A stretch of DNA of 64,000 nucleotides from Octopus vulgaris (GCA_951406725.2 OX597818.1:8742001-8806000); one strand, 5' to 3'; shown: positions 27,350 through 41,507, numbered from the stretch's first letter. The notes: generated by a model not told the origin, from the sequence alone. A program made the numbers and translations.

Positions 27350-29286
27350 AAAGAGAGAGAGAGAGAGACAGACAGACAGATAGAGTGCGTTAGAATGGAA
27401 ATAAAAGCATAGCTATATATATAAGAAGCAATGAAGGACGTAAAAGTAATGTAATTATATATATTATATGAGCATTTTAACTTTACAAATCACCTCTCAT
27501 TTAAAGAAATAAGATAAAGATAAATAATAAATGAAAGAATAAACGTGCGGTAACACAAAAGCTCATGGCATGAAAAAGAAAAATAATTTTAAAAAGATAC
27601 TAACAAAACGCAAGATACACTAAAATAATGACACAGAATAACAAACCCCAGGATGTTTATTGCCAAACAATAATATTATTTATGCATCGAAAACAAATCT
27701 GATATGTGTAAAACTAGACTCACTTCCGTTACTAATGAGAAAGCAATTGGCGGAGAAATATCAAAAGTTTACTGTGTCAATTGACTTGTGGCTATGTCTA
27801 TGTGAGATTAACTCGGCTCTTATAGGACATAGGAAACCGACAATTTCCAAACCCAAGGTTCCCAATTTAGATTGAGTTGTGACAGCTACAATCTAATTTG
27901 ATTTTACCTGAAGTCTATGGAGCACTATAAATATTTTTGATATCAGGTGTAATTTATTTTGACATTGCTACTGGTGGCAACCGATGCAGATTTCTCTCTA
28001 TTTTAAGTAATTCTTTTGTAATCGCTTTTGTTGTTTTTGTTTCTAGTTACAGTTCTTAATACAGTCAGCATATGTTGTTATTTCTAAGCCATCCACGAAA
28101 TCTTTGTGTTCCTTTCTTTTTCTACTTCTCTCTCAAATAGAAGCAACAATAATAACTATGTTTTCAAATATCTGCAGAATGCAGGGAATTTTAGAGAAGC
28201 GAGTAAATCGTTTACACCGATTCCAGTCTTCGGCTGCTACATATTTTATCCGCACTGAAAATATGAAAGTTTGAAGTCAATTATTGTAGGCATATTTATT
28301 TTCAACAGAATTGTGTTCGACATATAAAAGATTGGGTCAATTTGAACAATCCATAGGTATTTCCAAGTTATCAATTTCAGTTGCCCAAAATTACTTAAGA
28401 ATGTTACGTTCTAATGAAAACCTCCAAGCAACTGAAAGGAACACGTAAACCGAACTTAATCGGTGCGTACATGCTATCCAGATAAAACGAACGCCCTTCG
28501 CTACTGTCCACGTTAAGCAACTCCAATATATATAACAGTCTCAGAATGTTGACATTATTTCGAAGCTAAATCCTTTCTTACAGAGCGCCACCATCGCGAC
28601 GCACATTTCGGGCCAGGTTAGAGATGCGAGGATGTCTATGTCACCGCAAATTAGTGCAAAATCGTACATTAGATTTCCTGTTCTGGGCATTGGCAATTAT
28701 ATCTACATCTAGTGACATGATATCGCTGAGCAAACAATACTATTTCTGGGGCCACAGCCGGATGTGTTTATACACCCTACTCTCAGATCTACCATACTGG
28801 TAAAATAAAAAAGACAAAAAAGAAAATGGCTTACTTACACATTCCGTGTTCTTGGAGACAAGCTGATTCGAATTCCGAGAAATAGAATGAACTGTCAAGA
28901 ATGGAGACCATAGAGCAAAAGTGCAGTGTTTACATCACAAGTTGACTTGTTCTACCTCGAGCAATTAACAGTACAGAGCTATAGTGGAAAAGACAATGCG
29001 ATGTGACGAGAGTAACATCATTCATCTTGTTCAATTAATTGATTCACACGGAGACGAATTAGACGCAGCCTAAATTAGGTAAGACGAGCGTTATCAGACG
29101 CTACTGGAAGACTGTACAAATAGCAGTTAGAGTGCAGTACACTTTCATGTAGCTGTTGGATGTAGGGATTCTACTGAGACCAGACTGAGACGGTGGCTGA
29201 TATAATTTCGTGTCCAACATTGGTAAGCGAATGCCATCGTCAAGGATATCCAGGCTACTGTTTACTTCTCGCTCAGAGATTTAATG

Positions 29287-29317
<31 letters not shown>

Positions 29318-29359
29318 TGTATGTATGTATGTATGTATGTATGTATGTATGTATGTATG

Positions 29360-29414
<55 letters not shown>

Positions 29415-29446
29415 TTATATATATATACACATATATGTGTGTGTGC

Positions 29447-29485
<39 letters not shown>

Positions 29486-29527
29486 CATATATATATGTGT
29501 GTGTATATATATGTGTGCGTGTGTGCA

Positions 29528-29575
<48 letters not shown>

Positions 29576-29811
29576 TTATTTACATTAATGGAAACTTGGA
29601 GATCACCTCCCCCTGTGAGATGAAGTTAAGATAATAGATTGAGAACACTCTGAAAAATACGAAAACTAAAAGAAGCACCACATATCCCACAATACAACAA
29701 CCTCCTAAGCAGACTGAGTGCAGATATGTGTAGCATCCGGAAACCGGTATTAACGAAGTATAGGAAAATATTAGATTTATAAACCCTAAAATTCACTCCA
29801 TAATTGCCCAC

Positions 29812-29955
29812 GGGCATATGGCGTAGTGATTAAGAGCCGTGTTACTAAACCCAAGATTCGGAGTTCGATTAATAATAATAATAATAATAACAATAATAAT
29901 AATAATAATAATAACATCAAAAAATACCTTAGGAATGAGAACCCAGGTTAGAATT
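29812..29955 (+). mobile_element. tRNA-derived SINE with internal (AAT)n
   Basis: tggcgtagtgattaagag...gagttcgatt head, then (aat)n and acatcaaaaaataccttaggaatgagaacccagg. Confidence 0.65.
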
Positions 29956-29989
29956 GGAGGGTATAACCAGCTACCTCAAACAGCCAGCG

Positions 29990-30815
29990 ATGGAATGAAC
30001 ACCCTTCTGGGATATCATTGACAACCTTCCGGTATATCATTGATAACCTCCTGAGTCCGTGTCTCCAATCCTGTAGTGTGGGACGTTTTGTCATGTACAC
30101 CTCTTTGGTGTATCCTCACGAGTAAAAATCACATGGAGTGAGCTCTGGACTTCTTGGAAGCCATCCATGTGGTTCGCATCATCTTATCCAACGTCTTGGA
30201 AAATGTTTGTCTAACTATGCACGCACAACAAGAGCAAAATGGTGTGGTGCACCATCCTGCATGAATATCAGGTCACCAATGTTATCCCCGCCAGACACCG
30301 TGGGCAACATGTAATTTTCGAGCATCTGAAGATAGTGGTCCGTATTCATGGTGTCACGCAGAAAATATAGACCCACGACTCTTGTTGCCGTCTTTTCGCA
30401 CCACACGATCACTTTTGGTCGAAATTGCATCCTTTCAACTGTAGATCCTTATCACATGACGTTCAGTTGTGACGATTGATGAAACCACCAAAAGAGGAAA
30501 TTTTCAAACATACCAGCCTAGCATTAACTTTCCATATTTCATTCTGTCTTCAGGTTATAGATCCTGCAGATAATGGAGTATCCACGGACTAAAATTCACA
30601 TTGTGAGTCTTGATTGTCCACTTTCACAAACTGCTTTTGATTTTTGTGGGCTGCGATTAAACATTTCCTGCAATATTGCCACGTTCTCCACTGATCAGGA
30701 TGTTGTTGGACGGCCACTTCTTCTTCCAATGCTCATCAGCCTTGCATCACAACTTTTTATTGTCTCTGGACGTAGTGTTGCATGCTTACATTTCCATGCA
30801 CGCCACCATCTCTGA
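29990..30815 (-). pseudogene. Tc1/mariner transposase pseudogene, same family as 22958-23578
   Basis: RRSGRPTTS...; PKVIVWC; IFMQDGAPHHFALVVRA; PRSPELTPCDF. Confidence 0.85.
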
Positions 30816-30817
30816 AC

Positions 30818-30966
<149 letters not shown>

Positions 30967-31104
30967 CGGAGATGTACTCGCATAGCAAGTAATTTGATCT
31001 GAGATCGTGTGCTGAAACGAAAACAATTGCAGCGTGGAAGGTGTTTATAAGCCATTTAAGAAACACACAAAAGCCGTTCGATTCACTTCAACATTTAAGT
31101 TTAA

Positions 31105-31154
31105 TTTGTCAAAATATTTTCGTCGCTAAAATCCGCGACCTGTTCACTGACAAA
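31105..31154 (-). ncRNA. Minimal type I hammerhead, G3-C8 variant
   Basis: Same motif as 33254-33303, inverted. Confidence 0.65.
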
Positions 31155-31769
31155 AATCCGTGCTGCATCTGAGAAAGTAACAGTTAGTTCGTCATATATA
31201 TGTACGTATGTATGTGTGTATGTATGCATACATGTGTGTATGTATGTACGTATGCATGTACGTACATACGCCTGTGTATGTATGTATGTATGTATGTATG
31301 TATGTATGTATGTATGTATGTATGTATGTATGTATGCATGTATGTATATATGTATGTGTGTGTATATGCACGCACATACACTCTATAAGCATAAAGCTAT
31401 TAACCTGGAGCGATGGACAGATGTAGTGACCACTCATCACAATACTATCAAATTTCAACTCTCCCCCCGGCCGAAGCCTGGAAGTGATTTACGACCCTTA
31501 CTCCCAAAACTATACCCTAAAACCTATTATCAGATCTTTATCTCTATATCACAGAACTTTTGTTTTACTATTGTGCGTATGTATGTATGTATGTATGTGC
31601 GTATGTATGTATGTATGTATGTATGTATGTATGTATGTATGTATGTATGTATGTATGTATGTATGTATGTATGTGTGTATGTATGTGTGTATGTATATAC
31701 GTACGCATGTGCGTATGTATGTATACGCGCACGTATGCATATGCCCATGTATGTGTGTGCGTACATGTA

Positions 31770-32085
31770 CAGACAAACGGATTAAATCGACTATATCGAC
31801 CCCAGTGCGTAACTGGTGCTTATTTAATCGACTCCGAAAGGATAAAAGGCTAAGTCGATCTCGACAGAATTTGAACTCAGAACGTAGTGGCAGATGAAAT
31901 ACCTATTTCTTTACTACCCACAAGGGGCTAAACATAGAGAGCACAAACAAGGACAGACAAACAGATTAAGTCGATTATATCGACCCCAGTGCATAACTGG
32001 TACTTATTTAATCGACCCCGAAAGAATGAAAGGCAAAGTCGACCTTGGCGGAATTTGAACCCAGAACGTAACGGCAGATGAAATA
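31770..32085 (-). mobile_element. Octopus SINE family B, partial tandem duplicate
   Basis: Two copies of agacaaac.gattaa.tcga...ccccagtgc.taactggt...gaatttgaac.cagaacgta. Confidence 0.8.
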
Positions 32086-33253
32086 GCTATCAACACATCC
32101 CACCGATGTCTCAACATCCTATCAACACATCCCACCGATGCAATGTTGAGACAGGTCACAGAAGCTGTTTGTATACAAGAATACAAACCTACTCTCAACC
32201 GAAAGTCCGAATGGAGTAACATCCAGATCCCATTCAGAAGGACTATTCTATAACCACCCCTCTCTCTCTTTCGCGTTTACTTGTAGTCCTTACTTACAGG
32301 TTGCAATGCGTATGTGCAGTTATATATAACAGTATGAGCGTACGTTGTTTGATACGTACAGTTGCACTTAGGCGTTGTATCCATTCACAATTAGACGGTG
32401 ATGAGAGGAACAAACACACACCCACACATATATATATATGTGTGTGCGTCTATACAAAAATATATGTGAATATGTATACAACCTTCAACAAAGTAGCAGT
32501 CATGTACACAACTTGGACGGACACATGCCAGTACACGGACATACGTTCACATACACATACACATGTACACACTCTCACAGACACGTCTGCCCATTCTCCT
32601 AGACACTCACATACATATGTAGCACATAAGTACAAACATACATACATACCTACATATGGGCATACACACGTACATACGCACGTACATGTACGCACACACA
32701 TACATGGGCACATGCATACGTGCGCGTATACATACATACGCACATGCGTACGTATGTACATACACACATACATACATACATACATACATACATACATACA
32801 TACATACATACATACGCACATACATACATACACACAATAGTAAAACAAAAGTTCTGTGATATAGAGATAAAGATCTGATAATAGGTTTTAGGGTATAGTT
32901 TTGGGAGTAAGGGTCGTAAATCACTTCCAGGCTTCGGCCGGGGGGGGGGGGAGTTGAAATTTGATAGTATTGTGATGAGTGGTCACTCTACATCTATCCA
33001 TCGCTACAGGTTAATAGCTTTATGTTTATAGAGTGTATGTGCGTGCATATACACACACATACATATATATACATACATACATACATACATACATACATAC
33101 ATACATACATACATACATACATACATACATACATACATACATACATGCATACACAGGCGTATGTACGTACATGCATACGTACATACATACACACATACAT
33201 ACGTACATATATATGACGAACTAACTGTTACTTTCTCAGATGCAGCACGGATT

Positions 33254-33303
33254 TTTGTCAGTGAACAGGTCGCGGATTTTAGCGACGAAAATATTTTGAC
33301 AAA
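33254..33303 (+). ncRNA. Minimal type I hammerhead, G3-C8 variant, in the PLE 3' region (sense)
   Basis: 7-bp helix I, GUGAACA core, 5-bp helix II, GAA, AAUAUU palindrome, U17. Confidence 0.7.
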
Positions 33304-33406
33304 TTAAACTTAAATGTTGATGTGAATCGAACGGCTTTTGTGTGTTTCATAAATGGCTTATAAACACCTTCCACGCTGCAATTGTATATATATATATGTA
33401 TATATA

Positions 33407-33505
<99 letters not shown>

Positions 33506-34118
33506 CATATACATATATAGGGCATTCACGCACATATATGTAAATACGTTTGTATTTTCATATCATTTTACTTACGCGTAGCTGTAAAACTATTTATACG
33601 TGTACATGCATGATATACAATAGGTATCTATGTATAGACTTATAATGATATATATATATTTAATTATATATATACTGAACACAAACTCACACATATACAT
33701 ATATAAATGCATGTGTTCATAGATATATACATGTCCATAGCCATGTACATGTTCCTATGTATATACATGATTGTGTAAATCTGTATGTAGAGTTAATTGT
33801 TTGCATATACATGACAGCTTTTATATGCAGTGAGATATACGCCCTAGCGGGTACACCTGCTTCGAAGTTCGCACGAATGCTTTTAAATCTTATTACCACG
33901 ATTATATGTATGTCCTTCCATATATTTCAACAATTTTCTAAATTATTATGTGCACTCACATACGCACACTTGTGTATATGTTCCTCACTGTATTTTTTTC
34001 ATATAGATTCATGAATAGGATTATAATATGTACATACACATACATACCTATATACGTAAACATATTGTGCTTGTTATCTCTCTCACTCACTCTGACTGCA
34101 TATATATATATATACACA

Positions 34119-34152
<34 letters not shown>

Positions 34153-34156
34153 TGTG

Positions 34157-34248
<92 letters not shown>

Positions 34249-35056
34249 CAATCATCTAGACATGTAGATGTATAATTTCACCCTGTATATACATATATAT
34301 AAATATATATGTACTACTTAAAATCACCTACATTTCTGTCCTTCTAAGCGGAAACTTATATATAATGTAGTTCAGCCTCAGTATTTCTATGGATATGTAA
34401 CTACACCAGCTATGAAGTATAAATAATTAATTCCATTCTTACCCTCACTCCACTTCCTGACACTTCAGCCTCAATGCTTCCCACATTAGCATACACATAA
34501 TGACACATTCTCACGCGTAATGATACTCACACTGTTTATGTGTTGTAGCATTCACACACACACTCATCTGTATAGATTCCATAATGCTACATCTTTGACA
34601 TTCTCACATTATTTACACTTCCATAGAAATTCATATATATATGTATGTATACATATATATATGGAAGGGGGAAATACATAAATTCTTTACTTGTACTGTT
34701 TGAATTCGCTAGCACTACCAGTTTGGAGGTGTTCGTCTGGGTTGATTCATGTCGGATGGGCATCTTCATTATTTTTAGTGCTTTCAAATCCAAATTAAGA
34801 AATGTTGAGCTGACGAAAGAAATGTCGAGTTTTAATTCGGCTAATCTAGAAATGTGATTGTTCTCAAATAATCTTTGTACATGTGATATTTTGTTGTTTT
34901 CCCTCCAGATCTATGTGAATTATTTTTGAGTAAGCACTATCAGGGAGATTCTTCTTAAAGTAGTAGAAATGGACAAAAAACTTTTTGGCTGCTATTTCTA
35001 AAAATTTCAGTATGTGGCAAAGTAAATTATTTTACTGAGCCCTTAATTATATAAAG

Positions 35057-35115
<59 letters not shown>

Positions 35116-35187
35116 TATATATATATATATGTATATATATGTATATATGTGTATGTATATATATATATATATGTATATGTATACATG

Positions 35188-35222
<35 letters not shown>

Positions 35223-35312
35223 CTATGTATGCATGCATATAGATAGATAGAGAGATAGATAGACAGACAAATACATACATACATACATACATACATGCAT
35301 ACAAACATACGT

Positions 35313-35475
35313 GAGTGGCTGTGTATTATGGAGCTTGCTTTTCAACCACAAGGTTTCGGGTACAGTCCCGCTGCAACTTAAGCAAATGTCTTCTACTATA
35401 GCCTCGGGCCGACCAAAGACTAGTGAGAGGATTTGGTAGACTATAACTGAAAGAAGCACGTCGTACACATGTGTG
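35313..35475 (+). mobile_element. SINE family A, 5' half
   Basis: gagtggctgtg...cagtccc...ctactatagcctcgggccgaccaaag. Confidence 0.8.
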
Positions 35476-35488
35476 TGTGTTTGAGTAT

Positions 35489-35552
<64 letters not shown>

Positions 35553-35727
35553 GTTTAAATATTTGTTGTGCAAGATTTTTTATGTGAAGTCGTGTGTTGA
35601 AACAGATATTGTTATATTTCAGAATGGTCATTTTGCCAGTTTAGCCAATAAAAGCACACGCACTATATATTTGGTGTTATTTTGCTTCATTGTTATTTAT
35701 TTTTTACATTAATCTTAATCTTATTTC

Positions 35728-35772
35728 GGCCAGAGTTCTTTCGTCACACTCCTGTGAACGCATCAGTGGTCC
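35728..35772 (-). ncRNA. Slightly degenerate type I hammerhead in the PLE pLTR
   Basis: ggacca-CTGATGC-gttcac-aggagt-gtgac-GAA-agaact-C-tggcc; A9 reads C. Confidence 0.55.
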
Positions 35773-36171
35773 TTTGTTTTCTTCTTTCTTATTTGTGTCT
35801 CTCCTTACTAACCGTCAGCCATTTTGTATTTCTATTGTATGTCTTCATTTGCGCATGCTTATATCTCTATGTGCGTTTATGTTTATTTAGTGTGTGTATG
35901 TGGGGGGATGCCTGTAATATTTGTATCTTCTGTTTATATATGTTCATGTAATTTGTATTTTGTTTATTGTTTTTGTTGTTTTTGCTTATTCTTATTTTGT
36001 TCATGTGTTTACATCCACTTATTATTATCATTACATATGCTTGTATGTATAACAACAATACTATTAATAATAATAATAAATCGAATCGAAAATTTATATA
36101 TATATATATATATAAATAAAAAAATTTTTAAAATTAAAAAATTTTTTAAAAAAATCTACACACACACACAC

Positions 36172-36258
<87 letters not shown>

Positions 36259-36328
36259 CATACATATATATAGCTATTTATTTATATTAATTTATTTATC
36301 TGTGTATTTATTATGTTTTCAGGATCCT

Positions 36329-38140
36329 CTATTGCCATATGTTGTGATGCGTGTTAGTGCTCCATTCTAGTTTTCTATTCAGGCTAGGTTTATTTTCTAT
36401 TAAGTGTGTAGCTTCTATAATTTGTCTAATCGTTGCATCTGTGGATAATATTTTAATTTCTATGTTATTGATTGATCCCCCGTGTTCCTGTTCGGCGTGT
36501 TGGTACAGAATCGATGAGCTTTTACCTTCCTTGAGTTGTCTCCAATGCTAATTTACCCGCTCTCCTATGCTTCTTGCCGTTTCACCTACGTATGTCGTTG
36601 TCTTGTTACTGCATCGTCCCTCTATACATCTTATACTATAGACTACATTTCTGGCTTTACAGTTTGTTTGTGGGCTAAATCTACATACAGTACAGTATTT
36701 ATCCGTACAGGGGATTCTACTAAAAGGATAGGTTCTACCAATTATAGATTTGATAGTGTTGCCTGGCTTTTCAACAACCTTAATTCTTAGTTTAAGTTTG
36801 TCTAGGGTCCTTCTAAAGCGGTAAGCCAGTTCACCTCCAGGGGTGGTGTCAACGAACATGACACTCTGGTATTTATGGCTATCATACCAAGAGTTGGCCT
36901 TCCCTATTTTCTTTTTTGTCCTTTCTATAGTGTTCCATGACTTGTTCCTATAGAGTGGGCAACTCCCATTTCTATCATTACATAATATATTATCAAATTT
37001 CTTAATGGCTCCTTTGTATACTCTGATCCTGTCTTTATGGCTGTAACCTGAGAACTGCATGCGGTGAATGAAATATTGTATGTGTCTCTTTAACTCTGCA
37101 GGCTCGCACATGCGTGACACATTTCTCATTATTCTGACGAGGTCTACCATCAAAATATTGAATTTGGCATTGACCGCAATGGCTGAGTTCCGGTGGATCA
37201 AGTATTTTGAGGCCATAGGTTTGGCATAGTATGAATGAAGGATTTGGGTTTTATTATTCACAATTTCTAGCCAGAGTTCGGTGTCTAGTACTGGTAGTCT
37301 ATGTTTGGGGTGTTCAGTGGGGTAGTCTATTGTGACCTTAATACTCTGGTGGATGGAGTTAGCTATTTGCTGGATGCACTCCATAGTATTAGTTTCTATT
37401 ACTATATCAACATTACTCTCTTGTGGGGGTGCCTTTACCACTATGTTGATATCATCAACATAGCGAGAGTACATGTTTACGAGTATGGAGTTCTGTGTTA
37501 GGCGTTCTTTAAGCCTTCTGTCCCACCATACCATGAAAAGGTTGGCCACATCACCAGCGATACTAACGCCGATGGCTGCCCCCTCATCCTGGGCATATAT
37601 TTTATTATTAAACTTAAACGTGTGGCCTTTTAGGGTAACTCTTATACTAGCTCCTAGTGCATGTGCGATCATTTTCTTTATCTGATGGAAATTTGCGGGG
37701 CTCCGTATGGCTCTGGTCCATCCGCGCCATCTTTCTATATGTGTCTTCCTAGCCATAGAAGTAATTGTGGGCTGTCTACCTCTTAAACAACTATTGGGGC
37801 AGAAACTACTAAGATTATGTTTATCTAAGTATTCATTATTACATGTCAGTCTAAGTAGGAAGCCCAGTTCTTCTGCGTTGACATTACAGAACTCCACCTG
37901 GCTCTCATTGATCATCTCCACGCACTTCTCCACCGCAAAATCTACGTCGATCGATGGGTATAGGGATACCACATCCATGCTACCCACCATACATCCTGTC
38001 AGGTGACAAGTGCTGTTACAGTCATCGATCCTGCTGAGGAGATCTTCTGTGCTGTCACAAACATCAGGTGACATCCGGATTATAGGGCGTTTGATCATTG
38101 AGAGGAAGTAGGAGATTCTGTAATTGCTAGCGATATTCAC
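36329..38140 (-). CDS. Penelope-like reverse transcriptase plus GIY-YIG endonuclease, 5'-truncated with one premature TAG at 36548
   Basis: [54 protein letters not shown]; the frame continues 73 codons past the TAG ([23 protein letters not shown]). Confidence 0.93.
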
Positions 38141-38310
38141 TCCACAGACTGGTCTTGTTGGTGGTCCTAATATAGGGTCAGTAAATTCTTTATGGCCGAA
38201 ATAAGATTAAGATTAATGTAAAAATAAATAACAATGAAGCAAAATAACACCAAATATATAGTGCGTGTGTTTTTATTGGCTAAACTGGCAAAATGACCAT
38301 TCCGAAATAT

Positions 38311-38341
<31 letters not shown>

Positions 38342-38342
38342 C

Positions 38343-38520
38343 CCTTTTACTCTTTCACTTGTTTCAGTCATTTGATTGCGGCCATGCTGGAACACAACAA
38401 ATCGACCCCAGGCCTTATTCTTTGTAAGCCTAGTACTTATTCTATCGGTCTCTTTTGCCGAATCGCTAAGTTACGGGGACATAAACACACCAGCATCAGT
38501 TGTCAAACGATGTTGAGGGG
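38343..38520 (-). mobile_element. SINE family A, 3' half
   Basis: Reverse complement of the gaataagtactaggcttacaaagaataag...tgactgaaacaagt tail. Confidence 0.8.
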
Positions 38521-38723
38521 TCACACACAGGCACACAAACATACACACACAGACACACACACACACACACATACATATATACATATACATATATATTCAT
38601 TTATATATGTATTATATGTTTTTGTATGTGTATATACCAGAGTAATCACATAGATGCGAAACAAGGTGGTAAAACAGTACTCGAATACCAGAGGTAGAGC
38701 AATATGCATTATTACAAAACAGC

Positions 38724-38831
38724 AAAAATATCGCAAAAACTGTTACTCTGAGTTTCACGTTCCCGTTCAAACAAAACTGTCCAGCGAACGGGAAAGTGGA
38801 ACTCTGAGTACCAGATTTTTGTGATATTTTT
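38724..38831. repeat. Palindrome built from two opposed, degenerate hammerhead-like motifs
   Basis: Arms at 38724-38768 and 38786-38831; the composite reads aactgt-CC.GCGA-acg-ggaa-cgt-GAA-actc.gagt-A-acagtt. Confidence 0.55.
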
Positions 38832-38885
38832 GGTCCTTATTCATAATGCTTACACACACGTGCATACATACACTAATGCATATAT

Positions 38886-38928
<43 letters not shown>

Positions 38929-38929
38929 T

Positions 38930-39005
<76 letters not shown>

Positions 39006-39899
39006 AGTTAAATATTGGAGGTGGAACAGAATGATTGTGTGCTTAAAGATTGTTGTATATTTGTTACATTGTTACATTGAGTGACTTTTAATAAATATTG
39101 CCGGTTTCATGTGTATATCAAATTTTAAAAAGCGAAATTCAATAATTAGGTAATAAGAAAATATTGGAAATTAAAATATTTTGTTTTGTTTTCTCATAGT
39201 TTTTGCATAGTTAAGTACATGTGTGAAATTTTATCTTAGAATCGCTTATATATTATATATTATTTATGTAGGTGTCAGACATGAAGTTCAAGTGTTCCAG
39301 TGTCAGGATTTCTATTGAACTGAGAATGATTCTTTTGAATAAATAAAAAATGTCTATTCAGTATAGTATTTCTATTCAGTGTGTGTGAATTTTTTTTTTT
39401 TGATATGTTGTTTTGGCGAAGGAAGTATTTTTGTGTGAAAACAACTTTTACTTCATTTTCCCCCAGAAAATTGTCAGCTGCATGTATATATCCTGTTAAA
39501 TGTATTCTAGGATGGGTCAAGAATTTTATTGCTTTGAATGACAAATTGTTTTTCTATTGAGAATATGGTCAGTTGTATATATATATATATATTACGTTAA
39601 ACATATTTTAAGGATGGTCAACAATTTGAAAGTATTTGAAAGGAATTATTTTTCATTTGCTCTGCATTGTGAGTAATATTTTTCGTGTGTATTTGTTACT
39701 TGTGATGTGGGGAAAGGTTTGGGAATATGTTGTTTCGTGTGAGTGTGTGTATGTTTTTGCGATGCACCTGTCTGTTTTGCTTTTTGTAATACCTTGTTTG
39801 GGAGAAAGATTTTTGTTTCAATTATTATTGATTTGAGGAGTAGAATTCTTTACGAGTATGTATATGTTTAAACTATAGATCCATATTTATTGGTTAATG

Positions 39900-40850
39900 G
39901 TGAAAGTTTCCATATTTAATTTAGGATTATATTTTTTAATGAACAATTTTTTCTTTATTTATCCACCGTTGTTAGGTAAAAGAATCCAAGCACTTCTAAT
40001 GTGGGGATTTTAAATTCCTGCATAATCTGCGTTGTAACTACGTGAAATAATTTTCTTTGCATTCTCGTCTCAGATCTGTTGGCAGTCAGTGGTCATTCTT
40101 TTGTGTAGTGAGTGACATGCCCGTCTGTCCTATGTAATTTTGCTGGCATCTTCCCACGTATATATGTAGATTAAATTTAAATTATTTGAGTTGCGATTGA
40201 AGTTTGATGATACTTTAACTGCTTATCCGCGTTTAGATTTGAATTCTGATCCTTCAGTTAGGTATACGCAGGTGCCACAATTTATTCTTTTGCATTTTAT
40301 TCCAGTTGGATTGGGAGTAAGTTTAAGCCTCCTTGTTTCAATGAGAATTTGTTTGAGTATTTTGAGCGATTTGGTGTCTTAGCAGAATGCTTTCACTTTT
40401 TCATCTTCAAATAGAATGCATATGTGGTCAAATGTACCGACTTTTCTGGGATACAAGGTTGACACATATGGTAAAATATGTTTCCTTGTTTCGAATTTGT
40501 TTTCCTTAGTTCCTAGATATCTATATATTTTGCTCTGTCTCTTCCACTTGTGATTAAGACTAGTGGGAATCCTCTTTCGATCAGTATGTTTCTTTTGTTC
40601 ATCCAGTTTCTCTTCACGCTTAGATGGGTCTGATACTATCGTACATATCCAATGTGATAAGTTGAATGCAATGGTCAATTTCGTGTGTTTGCGTGATATG
40701 ATATGAACAGAAGCTATTGCGTGAGTCAGTAGGTTTATTGAATATACCTGGTTCTATTTTCCCCTCCGTGTTTGTGATTGAGAAATCTAGAAGGGTAATT
40801 TCATTGGGGTAAAACGGCACTGTGAATTGGGGGCTGTTACTTATTTTCTA
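39900..40850 (-). mobile_element. Decayed Penelope-like fragment (RT thumb plus GIY-YIG)
   Basis: LD..I....G.I...I.NKPTDS; IAFNLSHWICTIVSD; NLIYIYTCGRCQQNYIGQTG. Confidence 0.8.
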
Positions 40851-40993
40851 CACTATATATATTTTTTTAATTCTATGAGTGTATCAATTTATCTATGAAC
40901 TGCATTATATAATGAACATAATAAAATTCACTATTGTGATATAATAAACAAACACAGGTTCATGTAAGAATTTTATCTCTTTTCTACTTCAGT

Positions 40994-41507
40994 TATTATA
41001 TGAGATCCACGCTTTCAAGAGATCAGTTAGCTGAACTGTTTGCAGAGCAGCTTTTGAAACTCGGTGAAGGGAGAGTTCCAACTGATGAAAAACAGTTTCT
41101 TACACTCAGTTCCGAGGAGGATTTCTTACACTCAACTGGTTCCGAGGAGGATTTGATGTATGAAACCTTTACTAATTTTCTTCATAATTACAACAATACA
41201 GCTTACATCGGTGACAGAGCTACCTGGGCTCCAAAACATGTTCCTCTACATGCCATTAATTATATGTTGTTGAATAAATTTCCAGAAGTCTTCACCTATA
41301 ACTCAGTTAATAGTGTTGTTGGTGATCAGGATTAGTGTCATTTACCCCATCGAATTATTTCACTCACTACAACCACCAGGTACAGCTCCTCATTGTCTTC
41401 AGTTAAAAAATGGGACTCCTGTTAGGCTATTACATATTTTGTCTCAACCAAAATCATGCAATGGTACGAAATTAATTTTGCACAAACTTCATTACTTTCA
41501 AGAATGA
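40994..41507 (+). mobile_element. Helitron PIF1-like helicase fragment
   Basis: FAEQLLKLGEG...DRATWAPKH...TYNSVNSV...[30 protein letters not shown]...CNGTKL. Confidence 0.85.

Larger units (their letters stand above)
35552..38318 (-). mobile_element. 5'-truncated Penelope-like retroelement with 3' pLTR and inverted 5' pLTR fragment
   Basis: RT-GIY-YIG ORF, inverted repeat at 35606-35732 and 38193-38318, (TA)n on both flanks. Confidence 0.92.
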
